A stretch of DNA of 46,495 nt, from positions 1-46,495 of the forward strand of contig JBJXGU010000267.1 in the NCBI GenBank assembly GCA_046160245.1, written 5' to 3'. Each line of letters starts with the position of its first letter. Positions within the stretch are counted from its first letter, which is position 1. Positions 6,437 to 15,069 of this stretch are shown piece by piece. The notes under the pieces were generated by a model. That model was not told the origin of the DNA. It made no database searches and worked only from the letters and a program-made list of their open reading frames with translations. The position numbers and the translations under genes are program-made. Origin of the DNA: Bacteroidia bacterium (GTDB lineage Bacteria; Bacteroidota; Bacteroidia; AKYH767-A; OLB10).

Positions 6437-9400
6437 ATGTTAGACAAAATAATTGCGTTTAGTATAAAAAATAAATTTATCATTGGTCTGATGACCTTTG
6501 CACTTATTATTTGGGGCGTATGGAGTGTTAGTAAATTGCCGATTGATGCGCTTCCTGACATTACTAACAACCAGGTTCAAATCATAACACTTTGCCCAAC
6601 ACTTGCCGGGCAGGAAGTAGAGCAACTAGTTACGTATCCCATCGAACAAAGCATTGCCAACCTTCCTGATTTGGTTGAGTTACGAAGTATTTCTCGTTTC
6701 GGGCTTTCTGTAATAACGGTTGTTTTTGACGACAAAGTGAACATCTACTTTGCACGACAACTTATCAATGAAAAATTAAAAGAAGCTGAAGAAAAAATTC
6801 CGAAGGGAATTGGTACACCCGAGCTAGCTCCAGTCAGCACGGGATTAGGGGAAGTATATCAATACATTATTCACCCGAAGAAAGGAAGTGAGGAAAAATA
6901 TACTGCGATGGACTTACGTACCATGCAAGATTGGATTGTTGCGCGACAACTATATGGTACGCCAGGTATAGCGGAGGTTAACAGCTTCGGAGGCCAACTC
7001 AAGCAATACGAAGTTGCTGTTAATCCCGATCGAATGATTGCAATGGGAATTACAATTCCTGAAATTTTTACCGCTTTAGAAAAAAATAATGAGAACACAG
7101 GAGGTGCTTACATTGACAAGAAGCCAAACGCCTATTTCATTCGAGGTGTTGGCTTGATTGGGTCATTTGATGATATAAAAAGCATTGCGGTAAAAAATAA
7201 TCCAAATGGGATTCCAATCTTAATTAAAGATGTAGCTGAAGTACGATTAGGAAGTGCCGTTCGTTATGGAGCCCTTACCTACAATGGCGAGGTGGATGCA
7301 GTAGGAGGAGTGGTAATGATGCTCAAAGGTGCAAATAGTGCTGATGTTGTAAACCGTGTGAAAGCAAAAATGACAACCATTCAAAAGTCTTTGCCAGTTG
7401 ATGTTGTCATTGAACCTTATCTTGACAGAACCGAATTGGTAGGCAGGGCAATCAGCACTGTTGAAAAAAATTTAATTGAAGGTGCATTGATTGTAATTTT
7501 TGTCTTGGTTTTATTTCTTGGAAATTTTAGGGCAGGTTTGATTGTTGCATCAGCAATACCTTTATCTATGTTATTTGCTTTGGGAATGATGAATGTGTTT
7601 GGCGTAAGTGCAAATCTCATGAGCTTAGGAGCAATTGACTTTGGTTTGATTGTGGATGGTGCAGTAATTATTGTAGAAGCTACTTTACATCATTTGGGTT
7701 TGCGAAAAACAATTGGCAAACTTTCACAACAAGAAATGGACGACGAAGTTTTTAAATCAGCATCTAAAATCCGGACTAGTGCAGCGTTTGGGGAAATCAT
7801 TATCCTTATCGTTTATATTCCTATACTTACATTAATTGGCATTGAAGGAAAAATGTTTAGTCCGATGGCTCAAACTGTAGGTTTTGCCATTTTCGGAGCA
7901 TTGATTTTATCGCTTACTTATATTCCAATGATGTGTGCAGCGTTTTTACCTAAAACCATTTCACACAAGCAAACTTTTAGTGATCGAATGATGAACTTTT
8001 TTCAACATATTTATGCTCCGCTTTTAGAAAAAGCAATCCGTTTAAAAAAAGTAATTGTAACTGCGACAGTGGTAGTATTTGTGATATCTGTTTTTATTTT
8101 TTCAAGAATGGGTGGTGAATTTATACCAACATTGCAAGAAGGGGATTTTGCTTTTCATTGCATTTTATCGCAAGGAACGTCCTTGTCACAAAGTATTGAA
8201 ACCTCTATGCAAGCTTCACGGATAATAAAGGGATTTGATGAGGTCAAAATGGTTGTCGGAAAAACGGGAAGTGCCGAAGTTCCAACAGATCCCATGCCTC
8301 CCGAAGCATCCGATATGATGATAATTCTAAAACCGCAAAGCGAATGGAAGCGCGATATTTCTTATGATGATTTGGCAGATGAAATCTATGAAAAATTGGA
8401 AGTTATCCCCGGTGTTTTCTTTGAAAAAAGTCAACCCATACAAATGCGATTTAATGAATTGATGACAGGTATTCGACAGGATGTTGCAGTAAAAATATTT
8501 GGCGAAAACATGGATACGTTATTAAACTATGCCAATAAGGTAAACGCAATTGTTCAAAATGTAGAAGGTGCCACCGAACCAAGTGTTGAACGGGTTGCCG
8601 GACTTCCGCAAATCGTTATCAAATATAATCGTTCGCAAATTGCGAACTATGGTTTGAACATTGACGATATCAACCACATTGTAAGCACTGCATTTGCAGG
8701 AGGCAGCGCAGGAGTTGTGTTTGAAAACGAAAGAAAATTTGATTTGGTAGTTCGCCTCGACAGCACACACCGCAACAATATTGATGACGTAAGCCACTTG
8801 TATATTCCAACTGCAAATGGAACACAAATTCCATTATCGCAAGTCGCAGAAGTAAAACTGGAATTAGGCCCCGCCCAAATTAGCCGTGAAGACGGTAAGC
8901 GCAGAATTGTAGTTGGCTTCAATGTAAAAGGCAGAGATGTAGCAAGTGTGGTTGAGGATATTCAAAAACAATTAGGTGAAAAGGCAAAACTTCCCGAAGG
9001 TTATTATTATACTTACGGTGGAACTTTTGAAAATTTGCAAGCTGCTTCAGCAAGATTAATGATTGCTGTACCGGTTGCATTGGCTCTTATTTTTATGTTG
9101 CTATATTTCACTTTCACATCTATAAGGCAAGCCACACTTATTTTCACTGCTATTCCAATGGCGGCAATAGGGGGAGTATTTGCATTGTTGTTACGTGATA
9201 TGCCTTTCAGTATTTCAGCTGGTGTTGGGTTCATTGCACTTTTTGGTGTAGCAGTTTTAAACGGAATTGTTCTTGTGGGTACATTTAATCAATTAGAAAA
9301 AGACGGCATGACAGACATCTTACAACGAGTTATTGAAGGGACAAAAATCCGTTTACGACCTGTGTTAATGACAGCAACAGTTGCATCACTTGGATTTTTA

Positions 9401-10783
9401 CCAATGGCGCTTTCGCATGGTGCAGGAGCCGAAGTTCAAAAACCTTTGGCAACTGTCGTAATTGGTGGATTAATCACTGCAACATTCTTAACACTGTTTG
9501 TTTTGCCTCTGCTCTATCTTTTGTTTTCAGCAAAAACAAAATTAAAACCAAATATTGTAACAACAATTTTAGTGTTGTGTGTTTTTGGGTTTACCAGTGC
9601 AGATGCTCAAACGCAAAAATTATTGACAGTTGAAGATGCAATAGGCACTGCATTAAAAAACAATTTGCAAATCCAGGCATCGCAACTCAATGTTCAATCT
9701 TATTCGAAACTTAAAAATTCATTTTTTGAATTACCCAAGACCGAACTCAATTATCAGTATGGGCAGTTCAACAGCATTAATAAAGACAACAGTTTTCAGA
9801 TTGCACAAAATATTCCTTTCCCCACTTATTTCAGCGCGCGTTCAGGATTATACAAAGCCGAATATAGAAACAGCGAGTTAAAACAACAGGCAACTGCTAA
9901 CGAAATAAGAGCACAGGTGCAATTACTTTACTATCAATTGCAGTATTTGCAAAATGCAAAAGTTAAATTAAAACAGTTGGATAGTTTGTATGACAATTTT
10001 GTAACTGTTGCAACATTGCGCTATAACACAGGCGAAACAAACCTCTTGGAAAAAACAACTGCTGAGACAAAGCGCAATGAAATTACATTGCTATTTAAAC
10101 AAGCAGAAGCCGAGTACGCTGCAAGTTATAACTCATTAAAAACACTGATGAACAGCAGCGAAGATTTTGAAGTAAGCACTGTGTTTGAACCCATCACATT
10201 AACAGCAACTTTAGATACATCGGCAATTATGCAAAACCCTTCTTTGCAAATGTTGTATCAACAGGCAGTCATTGCAGAGAAAAATAAAAAGTTGGAAACC
10301 GCTCAAACGCTTCCTGACTTTAATGTAGGTTACTTCAATCAATCAATCATTGGTTTTCAAAATGTGAACAATAACGATGTTTACTTCGGTTCATCCGAAA
10401 GATTCACAGGTTTTAATGTCGGATTAAATATTCCGCTTACCTTTTTCAGCAACACAGCAAAAGTTAAATCGCTCAAATTGCAGCAGCAGTCATTGCAAAA
10501 AGAAGCAGACAACAGCAAATTGCTTTTGCAAAATCAATTGCAAAATGCTTTTCAGCAATATACGCTTTATTTGGAACAGTACAACCTTTATAAAGTATCA
10601 TCTGTAAAAAATGCCGAAACAATTACAAATACAGCAACGCTTGGTTTCCGCAGTGGTGAAATCGGATATATTGAATATGCAAGCGCCTTGCAAACCGCTA
10701 CCGATGTGCAGTTAAAATATTTGCAATCCATCAATCAAATTAATCAATCCATTATCAACATCAATTTATTAATCAATAAATAA
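6437..10783 (+). CDS. czcA: CzcA-type heavy-metal RND permease fused in frame to a TolC/CzcC-like outer-membrane factor domain
   Basis: 1448-aa ORF. Residues 1 to about 1040 are collinear with the 1042-aa CzcA at 15070-18198, including GAIDFGLIVDGAVIIVE (HME-RND proton-relay motif). Residues from about 1058 onward have OMF-type coiled-coil and beta repeats (LTVEDAIGTALKNNLQIQ..., two repeats). The junction looks like a signal peptide (IVTTILVLCVFGFTSADA/QTQ). Confidence 0.85.
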   Translation: MLDKIIAFSIKNKFIIGLMTFALIIWGVWSVSKLPIDALPDITNNQVQIITLCPTLAGQEVEQLVTYPIEQSIANLPDLVELRSISRFGLSVITVVFDDKVNIYFARQLINEKLKEAEEKIPKGIGTPELAPVSTGLGEVYQYIIHPKKGSEEKYTAMDLRTMQDWIVARQLYGTPGIAEVNSFGGQLKQYEVAVNPDRMIAMGITIPEIFTALEKNNENTGGAYIDKKPNAYFIRGVGLIGSFDDIKSIAVKNNPNGIPILIKDVAEVRLGSAVRYGALTYNGEVDAVGGVVMMLKGANSADVVNRVKAKMTTIQKSLPVDVVIEPYLDRTELVGRAISTVEKNLIEGALIVIFVLVLFLGNFRAGLIVASAIPLSMLFALGMMNVFGVSANLMSLGAIDFGLIVDGAVIIVEATLHHLGLRKTIGKLSQQEMDDEVFKSASKIRTSAAFGEIIILIVYIPILTLIGIEGKMFSPMAQTVGFAIFGALILSLTYIPMMCAAFLPKTISHKQTFSDRMMNFFQHIYAPLLEKAIRLKKVIVTATVVVFVISVFIFSRMGGEFIPTLQEGDFAFHCILSQGTSLSQSIETSMQASRIIKGFDEVKMVVGKTGSAEVPTDPMPPEASDMMIILKPQSEWKRDISYDDLADEIYEKLEVIPGVFFEKSQPIQMRFNELMTGIRQDVAVKIFGENMDTLLNYANKVNAIVQNVEGATEPSVERVAGLPQIVIKYNRSQIANYGLNIDDINHIVSTAFAGGSAGVVFENERKFDLVVRLDSTHRNNIDDVSHLYIPTANGTQIPLSQVAEVKLELGPAQISREDGKRRIVVGFNVKGRDVASVVEDIQKQLGEKAKLPEGYYYTYGGTFENLQAASARLMIAVPVALALIFMLLYFTFTSIRQATLIFTAIPMAAIGGVFALLLRDMPFSISAGVGFIALFGVAVLNGIVLVGTFNQLEKDGMTDILQRVIEGTKIRLRPVLMTATVASLGFLPMALSHGAGAEVQKPLATVVIGGLITATFLTLFVLPLLYLLFSAKTKLKPNIVTTILVLCVFGFTSADAQTQKLLTVEDAIGTALKNNLQIQASQLNVQSYSKLKNSFFELPKTELNYQYGQFNSINKDNSFQIAQNIPFPTYFSARSGLYKAEYRNSELKQQATANEIRAQVQLLYYQLQYLQNAKVKLKQLDSLYDNFVTVATLRYNTGETNLLEKTTAETKRNEITLLFKQAEAEYAASYNSLKTLMNSSEDFEVSTVFEPITLTATLDTSAIMQNPSLQMLYQQAVIAEKNKKLETAQTLPDFNVGYFNQSIIGFQNVNNNDVYFGSSERFTGFNVGLNIPLTFFSNTAKVKSLKLQQQSLQKEADNSKLLLQNQLQNAFQQYTLYLEQYNLYKVSSVKNAETITNTATLGFRSGEIGYIEYASALQTATDVQLKYLQSINQINQSIININLLINK

Positions 10784-10794
10784 ATTCTAATAAA

Positions 10795-12150
10795 ATGAAA
10801 AAGAAAATCATAAATAAATTCAGCATAATGAAGCCACCAACAATTAAAACAATATTTATTTTGGCAATCGCTTATGGCATATTCACTATATCATCTTGCG
10901 GTAGTAAATCCGAAACTAAAGCAGAAGATGGTGAACATGGCGAGGAGCACCATGACGAACACGAAAACGCTAACACTGCAACGCTTACAGACGAGCAGAT
11001 GAAATCCATAAAGATTGAGTTTGGCAGCATTGAAAAAAAACAACTCACGGCTTCACTCAAAGCAAACGGATTGTTGAAAGTGCCTAATCAAAACATGGCC
11101 ACAGCAACCGCATCATTAGGAGGCGTAATTAAATCCATTTTAGTACAAACAGGTAACACCGTTAGCAAAGGACAAACCATAGCAACCATTGCCAACAATT
11201 CTTTCATCATCATGCAGGAAGAATTTATCTCCGTTTCAGCTAAAGCAGATTTCGCACAATTGGAATTTGCACGACAAAAAGAATTGCAGCAAGGAAACGC
11301 AGCGGCCTTAAAAACTTTACAGACAAGCGAAGCCGAATTAAAAGCACTCAAGGCACGTAAAGCGAGTTTGCAAAAGCAATTGGAATCCGTTGGAATCAAT
11401 ACCGCATCACTCACAAGCGAAACCATTCAGTCAATCGTGAACATTACAAGCCCTATAAGCGGGGCAGTAAGCAATGTAATGGTAAACATTGGCAGCTATG
11501 TTGATGCCAACAATCCTATTGCTACCATTGTTGACAACAGCCAACTACATTTGGATTTGTATGTGTATGAAAAAGATTTGTCAAAACTTAAAGTAGGGCA
11601 AACCATACATTTCACACTTACCAATAATCCAGGTAAAGAATACGATGCAGATGTTTATGCCATTAGCAACACCTTTGAACAAAATACAAAGGCAATAGCA
11701 ATACATGCAATGGTAAAAGGTAATAAACAGGGATTAATTGATGGTATGAGCATCACTGCCTTAGTGAGTTTGGAAAATGCAACACTAGATGCAGTACCTA
11801 CAAATTCAATTGTAAGCCATGAAGGGCAGGAATTTATTTTCATTGTGACAGATGAACACACCGAAGAAGAACATCACGAACATGGTGAAGGCGAAACAGC
11901 CGAACACAAACATGATGAAAACGGCCATGAACACAGCGAAGAAGCAAAAGATGATCACAAAGAAGGCGAACACCATGAAGAAGAAGGAACAACCTTTGAA
12001 AAAATTCCCGTGCGCAAAGGAACAACCGATGTGGGCTACACTGAAATTACTTTACTAAAAGACATTCCAGCCAACAGCAAAGTAGTAACACAGGGAGCAT
12101 TTTTTGTGCTTGCTAAAATGAGTAATAAAGGAGAAGGACATCATCATTAA
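10795..12150 (+). CDS. czcB: RND periplasmic adaptor (CzcB/HlyD family) lipoprotein with His-rich tracts
   Basis: 451 aa with lipobox ISSCGS and adaptor-type lipoyl, hairpin and beta-barrel segments (TASLGGVIKSILVQTGNTVSKGQTIATI; ITSPISGAVSNV). His/Glu-rich tracts lie at 10924-10968 and 11851-11987, and the C-terminus is GEGHHH. Confidence 0.85.
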   Translation: MKKKIINKFSIMKPPTIKTIFILAIAYGIFTISSCGSKSETKAEDGEHGEEHHDEHENANTATLTDEQMKSIKIEFGSIEKKQLTASLKANGLLKVPNQNMATATASLGGVIKSILVQTGNTVSKGQTIATIANNSFIIMQEEFISVSAKADFAQLEFARQKELQQGNAAALKTLQTSEAELKALKARKASLQKQLESVGINTASLTSETIQSIVNITSPISGAVSNVMVNIGSYVDANNPIATIVDNSQLHLDLYVYEKDLSKLKVGQTIHFTLTNNPGKEYDADVYAISNTFEQNTKAIAIHAMVKGNKQGLIDGMSITALVSLENATLDAVPTNSIVSHEGQEFIFIVTDEHTEEEHHEHGEGETAEHKHDENGHEHSEEAKDDHKEGEHHEEEGTTFEKIPVRKGTTDVGYTEITLLKDIPANSKVVTQGAFFVLAKMSNKGEGHHH

Positions 12151-12159
12151 ATCAAACTT

Positions 12160-12223
12160 GGGTGAACCCCTGTTTCTTTGTTCTTGTGCATAGCATGAAT
12201 TGGAGAGGCAGGGTTCTTCACCC
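12160..12223 (+). other. Long-range stem-loop in the czcB-to-AlbA_2 intergenic region
   Basis: gggtgaacccctg (12160-12172) pairs with cagggttcttcaccc (12209-12223). No T-run follows it. Confidence 0.3.
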
Positions 12224-12269
12224 GCCAAATAAAAATTAAAATGGAGAACTTCAAGGAAATAGTCTATAC

Positions 12270-13040
12270 ATGAAAAGAACCGTATTCTCTCATCCGATTC
12301 TGTGGGTATCTCTCGGTGCTTTAGGCAACCTATTACTTATTTGTCCATTGGTCATTTCTTTGTTAAAGTATGACTCGATAATGCATAGTAAACCTTTAAC
12401 ACAAGTCATGATTACCTCATACAAAGAGTTTCTGCTTCAATTTCATTTTGATAATCTGATAATGCTGTTTCTTTTTCTTTCTATTGGAGGTATCATCGGC
12501 TATTTATTATACCGTTTAAAAACATCATTGCATCAGCGTGAAAAGAATATTACTTTGGAGGAACTCCTTCAAATGCGGGAAAGCAATAAAATAGAATTCA
12601 AATCTTCGCTTCGTTGGGATTACAGGTTGAATAAAACAAACAAGGAAATTGAGTTAGCTGCGTTAAAAACAATTGCCGCTTTTATGAACACAAGCGGAGG
12701 AACATTGGTGATTGGCGTGGCAGATGATGCAGCCATTATTGGTCTTGAAAAAGATTGCCAGTCATTAAAACAGAATCAAATAGATGGCTTTGAGCAATAC
12801 CTTATGAATTTAATTTCACTCAGTATTGGAGCCGATTCTTGTAAGAACATACACATTAAATTTTTTCAACACCAAAATAAAGATGTGTGCGCTGTAAAAG
12901 TAAATCAAGTAAAAGCTCCGGCTTTTGTAAAATATCTGCAAAGCACTTCCTTCTATATCAGAACGGGAAATAACACACGCGAACTCGATATACAGGAAGC
13001 ATTCAAATATATGAAAACGCATAAAAAAACAATCAATTAA
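12270..13040 (+). CDS. Membrane-anchored AlbA_2 (Schlafen-like, 'divergent AAA/putative DNA-binding') domain protein
   Basis: 256 aa with two N-terminal hydrophobic helices. The C-terminal part reads ESNKIEFKSSLRWD...LKTIAAFMNTSGGTLVIGVADDAAIIGLE...FYIRTGNNTRELD, which is the typical AlbA_2 signature. Confidence 0.7.
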   Translation: MKRTVFSHPILWVSLGALGNLLLICPLVISLLKYDSIMHSKPLTQVMITSYKEFLLQFHFDNLIMLFLFLSIGGIIGYLLYRLKTSLHQREKNITLEELLQMRESNKIEFKSSLRWDYRLNKTNKEIELAALKTIAAFMNTSGGTLVIGVADDAAIIGLEKDCQSLKQNQIDGFEQYLMNLISLSIGADSCKNIHIKFFQHQNKDVCAVKVNQVKAPAFVKYLQSTSFYIRTGNNTRELDIQEAFKYMKTHKKTIN

Positions 13041-13044
13041 TATA

Positions 13045-13497
13045 ATGAAAAGTCAGGATGTATTTGATTTTAATCCAACTTGGAAAGTAAAATTAACCGT
13101 TCTTCAATTCATTGAAAACGATAAAGGCGGTTTGCTTGAATTGAAGGTGGTGGCAGGCGGCAAAGCGGAGTTTGATTATTCTATACGGCAATTACGAAAC
13201 ACAATAGTTTATTCATCTGCGCATGGTATGCTCGATATTTTTTTGGACAACAAATGGAAAGCCATTCCCGAAAATAGTTCTTTAACAATTAATCTGGGAG
13301 TTGCTTACCGTTTAAGAAACCATGCGGATTCACCCATCACATTCAATATGAAAATAGAACTCAACTATCACTTTGCACAAACAATAACACGGTTATATGC
13401 TTTTGCAACTTTACCTGATTCGGAGTATAGCAGAAAGAAACACCTCATTGAACTTCTTACTGAATGTTATCAAACCGACTTTGAATTTGAAAACTAA
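13045..13497 (+). CDS. Hypothetical protein (150 aa), probably translationally linked to the AlbA_2 gene
   Basis: The ORF starts 4 nt after the upstream stop codon. It has no signal peptide and I recognise no family. Confidence 0.5.
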   Translation: MKSQDVFDFNPTWKVKLTVLQFIENDKGGLLELKVVAGGKAEFDYSIRQLRNTIVYSSAHGMLDIFLDNKWKAIPENSSLTINLGVAYRLRNHADSPITFNMKIELNYHFAQTITRLYAFATLPDSEYSRKKHLIELLTECYQTDFEFEN

Positions 13498-13509
13498 TAT
13501 ATAATTAAA

Positions 13510-14049
13510 ATGAAAAAATCCACTCTCTTAACAACTATATTATTTGCCATATCAAATTATATGTATGCCCAAAATATGTATGCCACCAACGATGGGCATG
13601 TGCTTATTACAGGTTTATATCAAAACGAAAATATTTTAATCGAGAGCCACCAACTTAAATTATTTCTCAATTACAAAACAAAAGATTTTACAGTGAGGCT
13701 CGACATTAGAACTTTGCTGACAGGAGTTGATTCTTTAGATTCCATCAACAGAACAAATCCGCCTTTGTTTGTTCAGTTTACAGGCAACATTCCGGATGAT
13801 GATTTTATAACATGGAACCATCCGAAACTAAAAATGAAAGTTCCCGTCAAAGTCGTGATTAATAAAATTGAGAAAGAAATAATCATGAATGCAACATTGG
13901 AACATTTCAAAGCATCACCAAATTATGTATGCAGTTTAACAGGTTTTTTGAATATGGATGTTTCGCAATTCAACATAAAGCAAGAAGCATTTGCCGATTC
14001 AATAAATGTACAGTTCCTGCAATTACTTTTAAGAAGAAAGGAACAATAA
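13510..14049 (+). CDS. Hypothetical secreted protein (179 aa), possibly YceI-like
   Basis: Signal peptide MKKSTLLTTILFAISNYMYAQ. The beta-rich sequence weakly resembles YceI-like domains, an assignment I cannot verify. Confidence 0.5.
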   Translation: MKKSTLLTTILFAISNYMYAQNMYATNDGHVLITGLYQNENILIESHQLKLFLNYKTKDFTVRLDIRTLLTGVDSLDSINRTNPPLFVQFTGNIPDDDFITWNHPKLKMKVPVKVVINKIEKEIIMNATLEHFKASPNYVCSLTGFLNMDVSQFNIKQEAFADSINVQFLQLLLRRKEQ

Positions 14050-14091
14050 AATAATTTCTATTAATTAATTATAATCATAAAACCAATTATC

Positions 14092-14535
14092 ATGACTAAA
14101 AAATCAATCATTCAATCATTAGCAATTGTTATTTCAATAATTGTCTTACAAGCCTGCAACCAAACTGATAATGCAGCGCAAAAAGAAAAAAGTGACGAGC
14201 CAATTGTAGAAATTGCTCATGCCGACTACCAATGCCCGATGGATTGTGAAAAGGGAAAGGTGTATCACCAACCCGGCAAATGCCCTGTATGCGGAAGGGA
14301 TTTAGCCAAAGTGGAACACAAGGAAAATGAAAAGCATGAACACGGAATTATTGGTGCTGATACATCACATGACACAAAGCACCAACACAAAGAAGGAGAC
14401 GGACATAATTATGATTCTGAAAGTAAAGATGAAAATGCACATCCACATGATTCAACCAAATACGAAAGTCATTCAGGGCATGACCATGCTGCTGATGATA
14501 CAATTCATGACAAACACGAAGGACACAATCATTAA
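14092..14535 (+). CDS. Lipoprotein with a heavy-metal-binding domain (YxCPM...PGKCPxCG type) and a His-rich tail
   Basis: Lipobox VLQACNQ and the motif HADYQCPMDCEKGKVYHQPGKCPVCGRDL. The C-terminal half is rich in His, Asp and Glu (HEHG...HKHQHKEGDGHNY...HSGHDHAADDTIHDKHEGHNH). Confidence 0.75.
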   Translation: MTKKSIIQSLAIVISIIVLQACNQTDNAAQKEKSDEPIVEIAHADYQCPMDCEKGKVYHQPGKCPVCGRDLAKVEHKENEKHEHGIIGADTSHDTKHQHKEGDGHNYDSESKDENAHPHDSTKYESHSGHDHAADDTIHDKHEGHNH

Positions 14536-14585
14536 TAATAATCCTAGAGTCTAAAACAAAATTATATATTACTTAAAACAAAAAA

Positions 14586-14936
14586 ATGAACTCAATTAAA
14601 ATTATTTTATCAATCCTATTCATGGCAGCTATTTTAGCGTCATGCGGTCAAAAAAGTGGTGAATCTTTATCTCTAACTACTGAAATCTATTGCGACCATT
14701 GCAAAGAATGCGAATCATGCAAAGAGCGTGTTGAAAAAGCATTAAAGGCAACTCCCGGTGTAACATCGGCTGAAATGAAAGTAGATGAAAAAATCATTGC
14801 AGTGAATTATGACGGGGGCAAGATTGATGAGCAAAAAATCAAGGAAGTGATTGCACAAACAGGTTTTGATGCAGGGGATGTAAAAGCTGACCCTACCGCT
14901 TATGATAACTTGGACGATTGCTGCAAGAAAAAGTAA
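14586..14936 (+). CDS. HMA (heavy-metal-associated) domain lipoprotein with an expanded Cys motif
   Basis: Lipobox ILASCGQ. The ferredoxin-like HMA pattern is ...IYCDHCKECESCKERVEKALKATPGVTSAEMKVDEKIIAVNYDG...IKEVIAQTGFDAG, with a C-terminal DDCCKKK. Confidence 0.8.
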   Translation: MNSIKIILSILFMAAILASCGQKSGESLSLTTEIYCDHCKECESCKERVEKALKATPGVTSAEMKVDEKIIAVNYDGGKIDEQKIKEVIAQTGFDAGDVKADPTAYDNLDDCCKKK

Positions 14937-15069
14937 GTTCTGCTATTTTTCTTATTTAATCGGGTGTTCCTAATGGGTTATACTATCCGGTAACAGTTTG
15001 TGTTATGCATGAACAAGTACAGACTGCAAATTAATCAGGATTTCCTTCATTCTCAAAATTAAAATTGTA

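Noticed and set aside
6364-9881. Many 60-135 aa ORFs antisense or out of frame within czcA-1 (for example 6364-6570, 6871-7098, 7417-7620, 8522-8922, 9013-9234, 9690-9881). Equivalent ORFs lie within czcA-2 (15457-18236).
   Set aside because: They lie entirely inside long, well-supported RND coding frames. They have no independent family signal and their composition is typical of frame-shadow ORFs.
11840-12058. Alternative-frame ORFs across the His-rich tract of czcB-1 (11840-12025 minus, 11852-12058 plus, Lys/Met-rich). The similar ORF 14327-14554 lies inside the His-rich lipoprotein gene.
   Set aside because: They are artefacts of the GAA/CAC/CAT-rich low-complexity coding sequence. The annotated frames are the ones with lipoprotein leaders and domain similarity.
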